Part shown: positions 26,701-38,994 of the stretch, piece after piece | How positions within the stretch are numbered: position 1 is the first letter of the stretch | Layout of the letters: the number at the start of each line of letters is the position of its first letter | Origin: Chiloscyllium plagiosum | Taxonomy: Eukaryota | Direction of reading: 5' to 3' | NCBI RefSeq assembly: GCF_004010195.1 | Contig: NC_057747.1 | Coordinates: 9,093,070-9,157,069, forward strand | Length of the DNA stretch: 64,000 nt | Translations under genes and position numbers: made by a program | Notes under the pieces: generated by a model | The model's database searches: none | What the model was told of the DNA's origin: nothing | What the model saw: only the letters and a program-made list of their open reading frames with translations

Positions 26701-29700
26701 TTTTCTCGGGGCAAAATACTCATTCGATCTTTAAGGCAGGGAATGAGAACGCCGCTGGAGTGGAAATAACTGATCCAACTTTCTCCCTCTTCCTCTTCTA
26801 CTGCTCCCCGGCAAAACCAGGCAAATGATTCCCTCCCAAGGCTGGAGTGAGTGAGCAGCAACTCTCCAGCATGTCCTCTCCAGTGCAGACTGAGGCTTCC
26901 TGACCCCCCTCGCCACACCGTCAGTGCGGAGGCTGGGACTACAATTTAACCAGCCCTTATAAATCCCTCGCATCCAATTTCCAGCACCAGTAAGCGAATT
27001 TCAACCGTGAGAGAAGGAAAAGAGGGGCTGACAAGAAGCACTGAGTGCAATACTTCTGCAGAAGCTGTTGCAACAGATAAACCACAAGCAATGTGCGAAA
27101 GGGTGCTGCAGGCTAATTCCTTAATAATCCTCAAAACTGGGTAAATACTTGGGGAACACTTGTTTAAACAGGACTACAAGGAAAGGATAGGCATTATTTG
27201 GATAGCTCTTTTGGTCAATGACAAATGCAAATAATTCACCAGAAGCTCACATGATGTGTAATGCATCGCTCTACACAGTCCTGAAAGCATATCGCTTTGT
27301 AATTCTGAGAAGGGATTTGGGTAAACAGAGAGAGAGGAAAACCTTGCAAGGTTTTAGGGGCAAAGGAGAAAGATTTGGGACGAATTCTATGGCTTATTTC
27401 AAGCAAGTTCTGTCACGATGGGCTGAATGGTCTACTCTTGTCTTACATTGTTCTATAGAATCAATCCATAATGCGCCTTCAATGGTCAGACAAACAGCAA
27501 TCTTCTCGCAATGGCCTGAGTCTCTTGTCACTTGCAACCTTATGGTCAGCATTAGTCCTGCCTCCAACGACAACTCCCCACCCCACTTTCTTAATTTTGA
27601 ATTCATATTTCTACAAAATTGGCAAATGACTTCAATGAAAGGCGTAATTACATTTTTTCGACGAGAAACATGCAGTGATTTTAATAGTTAAATTGACCAA
27701 AATCTTTTGTTTATCCAAAAAAAAGTCTTCCGAACTGTATTTTCAAGACTAAACGAGAGGCAGAATGCTGAGAGCTGGAGGGTTAAAGATGAGGTAGTTT
27801 GCCTAATCTCAGAATATCATGCAATACGCGCTCCTTAGAAAGAGGGCGCTTGAGACATACAATCTAAACGTTATCATAATGTAGCATTATTCTATCCGTT
27901 TAAATCCAATACAAGTCAGGTATCTTTGCAACAATCTGGCACGGTTTACCCACACTCGAATGTTTTTAAAAAACCATTTTCCGCTGGCTGTGGCTCTTGA
28001 TGATCCATTCCTATTTACATTTGACCTCAAGTGCTGTGAGCGGGTTTGACTTTCAGAATATTTTCCAGGCCAAGCATTTCCCAGGGCATCTTGAGATGCC
28101 TCTTATGAACGGAATTATATCAATCGCTACGATTACTTACGGCTACAGAAATAAAGCGAGATTTTTGAAACGTTGACGCCAGCCCTTGAAACGCGACAGC
28201 AGATCTGCAGCAAATTGAGCCAGTCGAAACGAAATAAGCGCTTTTCTAAAAAAAAGTATTTCTCTCTACAAAGATAAACTCCACAATTAATTAACGCCTT
28301 CTGTAAACTATGACGTCTATCGATCGCCTCGATCGTTTTCAAAATGTTATTTTGCAACGTAGAACTAACTTGAATCAAAATTTAAAACCGCAAGTATCAA
28401 TTAAATGTGAGAATTATTTTGATAACAAGTATATTAAACGGTGGTTTGTTTAATTTCAGGCTTCGATTGGACCCTGTCCTGTTCAGTGCCTCGGATACTT
28501 TCTCGTATGGGGGATCTGTATGGAATGCGGGCTATATTTTGAATTTATAGTAGTAAAATGTAACAATAGTTTGCAACTATCGGTGATAACATCAAACTTA
28601 AAGAAAATAAATTCACTTCAGTGACCCTTTATGAATGGACAAAGCGGCTTCGAAATTCGCACTTGGCCAGACTTGAAATTGAAAAAATATCGTGAGTTGA
28701 AAGACTGTGTTTAAATTTGATGCATTTTGTAAGCAAACTTGTTAATTTCGAATGATGTACAAATTCATGCAATAAGAGTGGTCTGGTTTCTATAAGGAAT
28801 CTGCTGGACTGAATTGTTACCGGATGCTGCACAGTTCAATTTCACCTGCATAGCCACACTGAATATTGCCAGTTTTCCGTTGAAAATGAGACAAATAAAC
28901 TCCAACAATCCAGAAACATTGGGTTCTGTCAAAATTAACGGGTGATCTGCGTTCAGTAGCGGGGGGCCACTAAACAACGTGAACGTTAATCGGGAAGAGG
29001 GTTGGCTATTTCAGTTGTCAAAGATGCTCATAGGAATTTTCTGACAAGCATTGACACGCCTTTATTTGGATCGACATTTTTCCAAAATGATGCTGCTACT
29101 TGAATCTTTAGCATCATTTGATTGTGACAAGGTTCTTGACCATTAGAGAAGTTTTTTTTTTATGTAACCGTATTACCAAGCTCCCTTGTAAGGATCGATT
29201 TCTACACTCGGCCAACAGCGCTCCCTCCTTCCCCAGTTTGAATATTTCGCAACTAAATGGAACAGGTTTAGGTTCGCTTTCGATAGAATGAAGTCCGCTT
29301 CCCAGGAAAGGATTAATTGAAACATCATTTTAATTCTAATCTCCAACAGCATCACAATAATTTATTTGGACGCCTATAAGATTTCAAATCTAATTAAGAT
29401 TTCAACGAATTTTAAAAGCTGTGCGGAGATTCGTTTATTTTTTGATTTAGCAGAAAGCGCATGGTCACATTTTATTTCCAAGGGAGTTGGGTTAAGAAAA
29501 GGGTACTTTATAGGATTTTATAAATCCCTTCTAAAGGGGTAAGATGGCAATCCATGAACATTATTGATTTGACCCGTATTGTGATAAATTTGACCGGCAG
29601 TTTCTCGGAGTTCGCTGTTTATGCCAAGGGCTGCGGGGGAGATTTGTCTTAGAGCCACTAAATATTTTCACAGCCCAACATCAAACTGAGTTGCTGCTTA

Positions 29701-32700
29701 AGCTTCATTTGTCTTTGTTTTGTTTTGATTCAAGAAGAAAACAGATATCTCCGACTGTGTAAGACGACTTACACTAAGCTTCATGGTACAAACGTTCCTA
29801 CAGTATTTATTTGTAAATTAAGGTTCAGAAATCAAGCAGCTTCCCCCCCATCCCCAAAAATAATCTAATTAGCGCAGCACATTGTGCGACAAACTTTTAT
29901 TTTTACAACCTTATAATCTCCTGAATCAAAAATAAATGTTGCGTGAGAAAAATACTCCCGTTATTGTTGTACGATTCGTGTTAAGGGAATTAAAAGAGTT
30001 TTTTTTCCATGGAAAACTGCTAGTATTATTTATAAATAATGCATTACCTCCGTTGTTCAGCGCATAAATACCAAACAAGGAGCTAACACAATGATGTCGA
30101 CGTTTAAGAAACAACCCATCACCACCATTTATCATTGTTTTACTTAAATCTGTGCAAAATTACTCATTTCTCTACAACGTACGCAGTAGGATAGAGTCCA
30201 AGCCTATCTGATGTGTCAACCGCTGTGATTTCTAATAATTTAAGTTGATAATTCCTTTCAGTTTCCACTCTTTATTAAAGATCTGTGACGCCAATTCTTC
30301 TTTCATTGATAGACTGAAGGTTAAATAATCTGCCAAGAAAGTATAAAACCGAACCTGGGCGGTCTAGAATCCATTTATCCTACCCAGCAGTGAAGTTTGT
30401 GCGAAATAGGAACTTATACCCAGACACCAAACACTATTTATTTAAAATCGATTTCTAACTTGGCCTTATAATAGGCTTTACACATAGCAGAGCTCAACTT
30501 TGGGAACGGGTCCTGCATTATTACGTCCAATTTTGTGTTTAAAAATTATTAAGCCTTTAATCATGAGTGTAAGCACCTCTGTTAGAAGGTGGTAAAGGTT
30601 CAATAACAAAGGTACGAATTTGTTACAAATTATAATATTTTCTCTCTGATTTTTAGGTCAGGTATACCTACAATGGCTTTTGAAACTCTAACTTTTCTAG
30701 TCAAAGCCATTCAAATTATTCTTATCTATGTATTGTGTAGAAAGCCATTAAGCGCTGCTCCAAATGAACTGCAAGTGTCCGCTCCCATGCACTCATTCTG
30801 AGAATTGCTCCATATAACCCACCAATGAACGTGCCAATTGAGGGTGCATGCAAGCGGAAGAGCCCTGGGATGGCTTGTCACTCTTCACTGAGCAAATGAT
30901 CTTCCAGAGGAAAATCTCCTTTGCAGCGGGATAAACTACCATTGCCACCCAAACGCTCGGCAGCGTCACTCTCAGTTCCGGGATCAATAGGAATCGCTGC
31001 TCTCACACAGAAGCTGAGACCTGCCGGCGAAAGTGAAAGGGATCGATTCCGAGGAATCAGCGGCTCACATTGGTAAATGAAAGCCGGATTTGCGCCTGTG
31101 TCGAGATGCGGACTGTCTGTACACATTTTAATAGATTGCGCATTGTCATTTCGCGGTGCTGAATACCAGGATATGGACTAGATTCTGATAGCGTCCCAAA
31201 TCATTTCAATGACGACCGTAATGTGTGTTCATGGAAAGCCACATGCTACTGTCCCTAACCCTCGTTTACTTAATCTTGTGCAAGAATCTGAGGTGACAAA
31301 ACAAAATTCTCTGGCAGTGTTTAAGCATCCAGCTACCGGTTAAAACCTTGCACGGTGCTCTAAAATAATTTATAACCGCAACTGTTACATTTGTGCAACG
31401 GCTTTAAGCAATCCGGGCGGTGGCTAATTTTGTTTGTTATAACGCACGAAATGGTACGTTTAAATATGATGTTAGCAGTGGTGGTCGAAGATAAAGGCCG
31501 GAGCTAACTGGCAGACAGATGGGCGGACAATGGGAAGATCAGTGAGTGAGCTGATATGCTTCAAATGAACAGTCCCTTGACTTTCCTCTCATGCACAATG
31601 GAAAGGGAGGGGGTGGTGGGGGAGGGGGGAGGGGGGGAAGATGTATTCACCCAAATTGCATCTACTTATTGAGCATTTAGACCAGTCGGTTTGACAATTT
31701 CCATCAGATCACCACAGGCAGTTAGAACAGTGCACGTACTTTACGCGTCTGAAGCTTCATGCATTACAGCGTAAGCAGCAAGTTTTACTCGCCCTGGTCG
31801 TCTTTGCCAAGAGTGGCTGGTCAGTTGAGGGGGTGGGGGTGTGGGTATATATTTAGATTGCTTCTAACAGTCTGAAGCATTCCCTTTCCGCGCGCTGAAG
31901 ATAATTATGTTGATCTTGGCGTCTTCGTGTCAAATTGATTTTGCACGGGTGTCACTTTGGTATTGTGAGGTCGAAGACAGATTTGAATGAGCTGGAAGGG
32001 AAGGAGGGGGATGAATGAACAGTAAAATACGGTACCGTGCTTCCAAGTGTCAGTCCACTCAGTAAGAGTCTGAGAAGTTACTTTACATTGAGTGCCAGAC
32101 AGCAAAGGCGGGAAGATAGTTCAAAAGAGACACTCCAATAGACTTCTAACTGAACATAAAGCCAAGATAATCTACAAAAATGTCAAAGCTCATCTGAATT
32201 GTCCAAATGGTCTTTCCGTGGTTGTATTAATGTAAAGTGTATAAACTTACTTTTCCATTGAATGGAGGACTTATTCATTATTCAAGTGGTTAGTTTCCGC
32301 ATCAATTAACTTGGGGCTGAACTCTGGACTTAGCTCCTGATTAAATATTTGCAAAGTGCTTCGGTGAATAAGGGGTGGGTCAGAATTGCCATACATTTTC
32401 GACATCGCTTCGCCGCCGTGTCAAGGAAGGTTAGACCAAATCATCGAGACTGCAGTCTCACTAACAGAGATGAGAAAGGACCGATACACCAGCGCTCAGG
32501 GTGAGCCGCTGGTATTATTAGCCCCCGGGAGGTCAAAATGGCCTGTCCATGCAATCGATGTCAGGAACAATCTTTGTGCAGGTTCTCAAGATGTTTCCTC
32601 TTCAAACAGTTGCGTGATAAATGTATTTTATTTCCCTCATTAATAGCCAAAAATGTCATTAAAGTGGGGAATCTCATATTGATAGCCTAGTTCATCTTTA

Positions 32701-33285
32701 AAAACGAGGTGGATTACACATTTGTATTACGTACAATGTGAATGTGCATATGTTCACTTACCCATGCCTTATGAGAAGGTTGCATTAAAATTTGTAAGGT
32801 ATTTATGCTTATATCTCTGTGAATCCCAGAACGTTCTGAACGCAAGTTTAATTCCCAACACTGCTTTCCCAAATGGTCTGAGATTATGTTGACTGCAGGT
32901 TATGAATTGAAATATTCTATGAGAGGACGTGACTTTGCAACATGCGTTATTTTACTTTTCAATAGATTTGTTGAAGCTCAGATCTCAAACTGTTGTTGGC
33001 GGAAACCTGCGTTTGGATCAATGGTATAATCAGTATTAACTTCAGTGATTTTTCAAAGAATCATCAGTTACACCGTATTAAAACAAAGTAGCTGGCGCAA
33101 TGTTTCGGTATTCGTGTGATAAGTTTGTTAAGTTCAGAACGAAGTGGAGCTTTCTCTACTCATGCATTGTATCGGCCGCCTCGCATCCATACAGAATATC
33201 CATGGGACGATCAAACTGCTGCTTTAACTCACTGGCGATATGGAGTAACTGTTCTGTCCCGTCTTGTCTATCGCAGGTGTGCATT

Positions 33286-33501
33286 ATGGAACTGACCCCC
33301 TTCTCAAAGGGACTATGGGCAGGTGACAACAAATTTCTACACCATCTCTTCACTGACATATTAACCAGTGTGCACATTACCCGGGAGATTCCCGAGGACG
33401 CGATCTTTGGCCCGTGTCTCCTCCAGAACACCTTTTATGACACTGTAGCTTTCATTGCGTTGAAGTCTTCAGATCGGAGAAGCGCCCCGTACGTGTTCAG
33501 G
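33286..33501 (+). CDS. ZNF488: ZNF488 (PRDM8 paralog), coding exon 1: N-terminal part of PR/SET domain
   Basis: MELTPFSKGLWAGDNKFLHHLFTDILTSVHITREIPEDAIFGPCLLQNTFYDTVAFIALKSSDRRSAPYVFR closely resembles the PRDM8 N-terminus. An acceptor tcgcag| at 33276 precedes the ATG, implying an upstream non-coding exon. Donor AGG|gtaag, phase 0. Confidence 0.88.
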
Positions 33502-33575
33502 GTAAGAAATCTTCTCACCCAGGAAGAGACGCCGCTCTTAGAAAGTAGTGTTTAGAAACACGTCGGGGAGTACAT

Positions 33576-33992
33576 GTCACAGAGTCATACCGCACGGAAA
33601 CAGAGCCGTCGGTCCAGCCAGTTCACAATCCCAAACTAAATTAGTCCCACCCGCCTGCTCCAGGCCCACATCCCTCCAAACCTTTCCTATGCATCTACTC
33701 ATCCAAATGTCTTTTAAACGCTGTTACTGTGCCCACATCCACTACTTCCTCGGGAAGTTACTTCCACATTGTGTAAAATAAAAATGCCCCTCATGTCTTT
33801 CTAAAATCTCTCTCACCTTAAAAATGTGCCCCCGAGTCTTGAAATCTCCCATCTAGGGAAATGACAACTACCATTAACCCTATCTGTACCCCTCATTATT
33901 TTATGACCTTCTGGAAGGTATCCCCTCAGCATGCTCCAGTGAAAATATTCCCAGCCTTCTGTTATAACTCAGACTTTCCATAGCCGGCACAT
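33576..33992 (-). mobile_element. CR1 LINE 3' fragment in ZNF488 intron 1
   Basis: Reverse complement of the CR1 tail (gtcacagagtcata...ccctccaaacctttccta...). Confidence 0.75.
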
Positions 33993-34340
33993 CATGGCAC
34001 GTAGGGAATTATCACACCAAATCCAACCACCTCCCGCCCTCTCCCTACCCCCCCCCATAAATTCGCAGCTTCTATACGGATAAGTTGAGGAGGATTTTTG
34101 TTAGAGAAAGATAAAATCTGCAGAACGTTTACCGTTTGTGAGGACCATAATGAACAATACTCATTCGAAAGTAAAATTGTGAAATCGCAGACAGGGGTGC
34201 GAGAAATGGCATTTGGCACTGAGTTCACTATTTTACAAAAAAACTGGCAAATGGTTTTTTTTAAATAAAGGTCTCCATATGCCATATGAGCAAGTTAGTG
34301 TACTGTCGTCCTCCCTTCAAAATTGCCGTTTGTCTCATAG

Positions 34341-34572
34341 GTAGATGCAACAGCAATTAGCAGTACCACGGATGGAGTGTCCTGGTTGAAACTCGTCCAA
34401 GCGGCTAACAACACGAAGGAACAGAACCTGGAAGCCTATCTGAAAAGTGGTCAGCTGTATTACCGCTCCACTAGAAGGATCAACAAAGACGAGGAGCTGT
34501 TTGTCTGGTATGACAGCGAGCTATCCACACTCCTCGGATTCACTGATATCAAAACACGAGCTGACTCCAACA
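34341..34572 (+). CDS. ZNF488: ZNF488 (PRDM8 paralog), coding exon 2: rest of PR/SET domain
   Basis: ctcatag|VDATAISSTTDGVSWLKLVQAANNTKEQNLEAYLKSGQLYYRSTRRINKDEELFVWYDSELSTLLGF...A|gtgagt. Contains the PR-domain signatures EQNL and EELFVWY. 232 bp, phase 1. Confidence 0.9.
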
Positions 34573-36499
34573 GTGAGTAACCACAGGTCCGGGGCAGCAA
34601 GAACGTGACTCGCAAAATTAAAACAAAACCAAACGCGTTCGCACGATTCACCCGGTGACTCAAGGGGCACTTGCAATTTGCTTCCAAATTCGCCCAGAAA
34701 GAGTCTAAGCCTGTCTGATGCGTTAGTAAAACAAGGAAGCGAGGCTGCTGGGAATCTGAAATAAAAATGGAAATTGCTGGAGAAACTCAGTATCTGTGGA
34801 GAGAGAGAGAGAGAGGGGGGAGAATTAACGTTTCGGATCGTTCTGTCTCCAATAGATGCTGTCAGACCTACTGAGTTTCTTCAGCAATTTTCTGACGTAA
34901 AAAATACACGCGATTATTGCTTAAAGTGGGCAAGATAACTATAAATAAAATCAGTGATCAGTTATAGGCCGATAAACGGTTTATATTTCTTTGAGGATGA
35001 GATGTATTTCTTTGTAAAATCAAATTGAATCAAATTTGCAAACGCACACTCCTTTAAAAGGGTCGCTTTCAAAGAGATATATTGGGGTTGACAGGGTGAG
35101 GAAGGATCTGTGGCTCGGTGAATCATACCCCAGCTTCCACATTGAAAGTCTTCGCGACTCTGAAACGAAGTTTTTTTTTGTCCCTACTCCTCAGCAAGAA
35201 GCTGTTGTCGTTAAAAAAAAAACTGTATTGTGCAAATTGCGGTTGGATGGGTTGAATAATCTCCGTCTGTGTTAATTCTGTGAGCTCAGCGTGTTGGAAG
35301 GAGCACCCTGAGAAAGAGGATGTAGGTGACTTAACCCCGCAAACAAACTGCTGGCAGACTGCAGCAGTTCAAGAAGGCAACTCGCCCCTTCCTTCTCAAT
35401 AAATGCTGACCCAGCCAGGCACGCCCAATTCCCAGGAATGAATGAAAATAAATTACAAATGGCAGCCTCAGATAAGATCAGAGTGGACAGGGAACGTGGG
35501 TGCAGCAAATAAATCGCCGAAGTTGGCATTAATGGGACAATGGAAAGCCCCGGGGAACGAGAATCTATTGGGTTGAAGGGCCGAGTTCGGACACTTCGGG
35601 TAACTCTGCTGCGCACCATAACCTTGTCAGGATCTCACTGGCTTAACAGCCTCAACAGATGGCAATCTCCAATACTGTCACCCTGGGGGACACGATAAAC
35701 AAATGTTTCCACCAGTTTTCAGTTTTATTTGACCAGACTGCCGGAATCCAATCCCTGCGAGGAAATGTCTTTCAAAGTATATGAAACATGTAACTTTCAC
35801 CATGTAAAATATGGACGGGGTTTCAAAGAGCTGCAGAGACAGTTCCCTCGTTCGTATCGATATTGGTTTCAGCCAGTAGCGTTTGTTCCACTCTTCTCTT
35901 GCAAAATAGCGTTAGGAGGTAACATTGCGGCTCAGAAAGACAATCAGAAATTGTGAAAATCCTCAACCACAATAAGAGTCCTAATTTAAATATCACTTCT
36001 CTATAGCATATACATTCTACATTGGAAAGGGAAAAGCGAGCAGATCTATGCAAAGTGACACTGTTATTCATGGTTTATTTGGCGGGATCCGTAACAATAC
36101 TGTCACTGCGTGTTTGTCACAGTTTCTGCATTCATTGTACAAGCTGTTTAGTTTAGGGTTAAACATCTGGGGTTAGATTTTTTAGACTATATAGTTATTA
36201 ACGTCGAGTTTTTGTTTTTATTAGACACACCAGGTAAGGCAATCAGGTTGTAGTATCAGATAAGCTTCTAACATAACATGATCAGCATTTTCCCAGTGGA
36301 ATGGGAAAGGGCACCGGTCGGAGAGGATTGGCAAATGCAGCGAGAGACACGGGGAAAGCGACTGTGCAGAATGTGAAATGTACTGAATCACAGAATTTTA
36401 ACACAGGGCCCAGGGAGCTGTCCACCCTCGTGCAGTCCTCTTGCGCGTGCGTTAGAATAGATACAATCTGCGCTTTCAAATAAGAATTGAAACAATTCA

Positions 36500-36895
36500 G
36501 GAAGAGACAGGGATACGGAAATAGACAGAGATTTGGAAAGATGGATGCGGAAGTAGATGGGGATATGAAACTAGACAGGGATTTGGAAATGGACGGGGAT
36601 TTGAAAATAGGCAGGAATACAGAAGTAGACAGGGAAATGGAAATAAACAGGGATATGGAAATAGGCAGGAATTTGAAAATGGGCGAGAAATATGGAAATA
36701 GCCAGGGATATGGAAACAGACAGGGATATGGAAATAGAGAGGGATACGAAAATAGACAGGGATGTGGAAATAGACGGGTATATGGAAATAGACATGGATA
36801 CGGAAATAGACAGGGATATGGAAATAGACAGGGATACGGAAATAGACGGGTACATGGAAATAGACAAGAATACGGAAATAGACGGAGATACGGAA
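36500..36895. repeat. 18-bp minisatellite (~20 units) in ZNF488 intron 2
   Basis: Unit approximately ggaaatagacagggatat. Confidence 0.9.
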
Positions 36896-38184
36896 GGGTG
36901 GGGGAGGGCGCAATCTGAGTTACTCTGGTAGATGTCACTATCCGACAGGCCGAACGGCCTCCTTCTGTGCATAACCATCCGCAGGTCGATGCTTTGCGAT
37001 CGCTTCTGTTTTGTCACTCCTGCCGGCGGTATCGCAGTTCACGATTGCAGGATGATTGCCTTATACCCCAAGGTCTTCCCAGATTCCGTTTTAGCAAGTC
37101 ATGCGTTCAGGACCCCCCACACTCCAGGAGACGAGAGCAGGCCATGTCGTCTGAAACTCGGCGGACTGCTGAGGGATTGCTGCACTGCCGAAAGGTCCAC
37201 TTTTTGGATGACATCATAAGTTCGGGCTGCTCGTTAAGCAAAATGAAATATGCTGCGCCTCCTCCAAATGATCCATTTTCGAACGGATTTGTGATGCAGC
37301 TCGGATGACCCCGTTCGTTCAATGCTTGAGCCAGACTATCTCATGAAATGTTCACAGCATATGTTTTGTTTAAGAAGAACATTGTCCCTCGGGCCAGCTC
37401 TCATTTAGAATTACAACAACAAAACACCGTTCATTATAATGTGCAGTTTCTATATTGACCAAAGTATTTCTTTTTTTAAAATGGCGTAAGAGATTAAAGC
37501 GCCATGCCTCGGATTCTTTAAAACAAATCCTGAAACAGAGCAGACCAATTTATTCCAGGTGCCCAGAGCAAATTTATTCATTAGCAAAAATAATTCATTA
37601 AAACGATTGAAAAATATATATTTTCAAACATCTGATTGCAGATCGGCTGTTGCACTCCTACATTACAACAATGACAATGCTTCAATGAGCAGTAAATTGC
37701 TTTGAAGTCATGGCAAGCACTATATCATTGAAAGCCTGGAGTTATGCTGTGCACTTGACAGTCCCTACCTCAGGATTGGAATTTGCGGGGTCCCTCTGCC
37801 CCAGAACGGTGTTTTCCTTTAACTCGCTGGATCGGCTAGTATTTATTGCCCGTCCCCAGTTTGCCCCTTGAAGGGGTGGTGGTGAGCTGCCTTCTTTAAC
37901 TGCTGCAGTCCATGTGCCCAGAGACTTTGTTGAGAGGCATGCTAGTCAATTTCAGAAGATAGTTAAGGGTCATCCACATTGCTGTGGGTCTGGACCACAT
38001 GTAGGTCAGATCTCTTATTCCCTTAGGGAGAAGGTCAGTGAACCATGAGTTTTTTTTTAAACAACAATGGCCAACTTTTAATTCGAGATTTTCAACGCGT
38101 TCAAATTTCACCATATCCCCGGAATATGGTGAAATTTGAACTCAGGTCTCCCAGAATAGTCCAGTGATAATACCAATTTGTAGA

Positions 38185-38872
38185 TGCACCACAGATAGCA
38201 TTGCAGCTTGGTATGGCAACTCGTCTACTCAAGATCGCAATAAATTACAGAGTTGTGAACTGCAGCCTTCCATTCCACGGACTCCACCTATACTTCCTTT
38301 TACCTGGGGAAAGCAGTCATCATAACTAATTACCCCCCAGCCCCGGTTATAGTCTCACCCTCTTCTATCGGGCAGGAGGTACAAACGTTTGAAAAGACGT
38401 ACCAATAGATTCAAGAATAGCTTCTTCACTGCTGTTATCAGCCTTATGAACAGACTCTTGCCTCGGGTGACTGTGTGGAGTTTTACACATTCTCCCCGTG
38501 TCTACGCGGGTTTCCTTGGGCGCTCCGTTTCCTCCCCCAGTCCGAGGTTAGGTGGACTGGCCATGCTAAATTGCCCGTAGTGGCCAGGGATGTGTAGGTT
38601 GGGTGGATTAGCCATGAGAGGTGCAGGGTTGCAGCGAGCGGGTGGGGGCAGGGGGACGGGTTGTCGGTGTGGCCGTTTTGGGCCGAATGGCCTGTTTCCA
38701 CACTGAAGGGATTCTATTCATTATATTAGAGTTGATCTTCCTCTGCACTTTCCCTGTAGCTGTAACATTATATTCTGCATTCTGTTCTAACCCGGACGGC
38801 CTCGTGATTAGTCTGGATAGCACAATCTGTTTTACTGTAACGCAGCATAAATGACAATAATAAATCAAATCA
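38185..38872 (+). mobile_element. Rex1/Babar-like LINE 3' end interrupted by a SINE
   Basis: gcagcttggtatggcaac (AWYGN) ... RTNRFKNSFF, with tail aataataaatcaaatc. Confidence 0.6.
38458..38715 (+). mobile_element. V-SINE, 5'-truncated
   Basis: V-domain and tail only. Confidence 0.75.
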
Positions 38873-38994
38873 CAATTCCTTGTCCAAACAGGTTGATTTT
38901 CTTTGATAAATACAAAGCTTTATTTGTCTTTGCTTTCTGACTTTGGTGGATCGCGTGTCGGGGTAGGTTGCTCACTGTGTTTTCTTGCTTTTAG

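Noticed and set aside
26619-26918. 99-aa ORF over the ANTXR-like first exon
   Set aside because: Wrong frame. The real reading frame starts at ATG 26700.
33100-33285. N-terminal extension of the 151-aa ORF
   Set aside because: A splice acceptor lies at 33276, and PRDM8-like similarity starts at Met 33286.
36282-37017. Several repetitive ORFs (YGNRQG, FPYPCL)
   Set aside because: Translations of an 18-bp minisatellite that is open in most frames.
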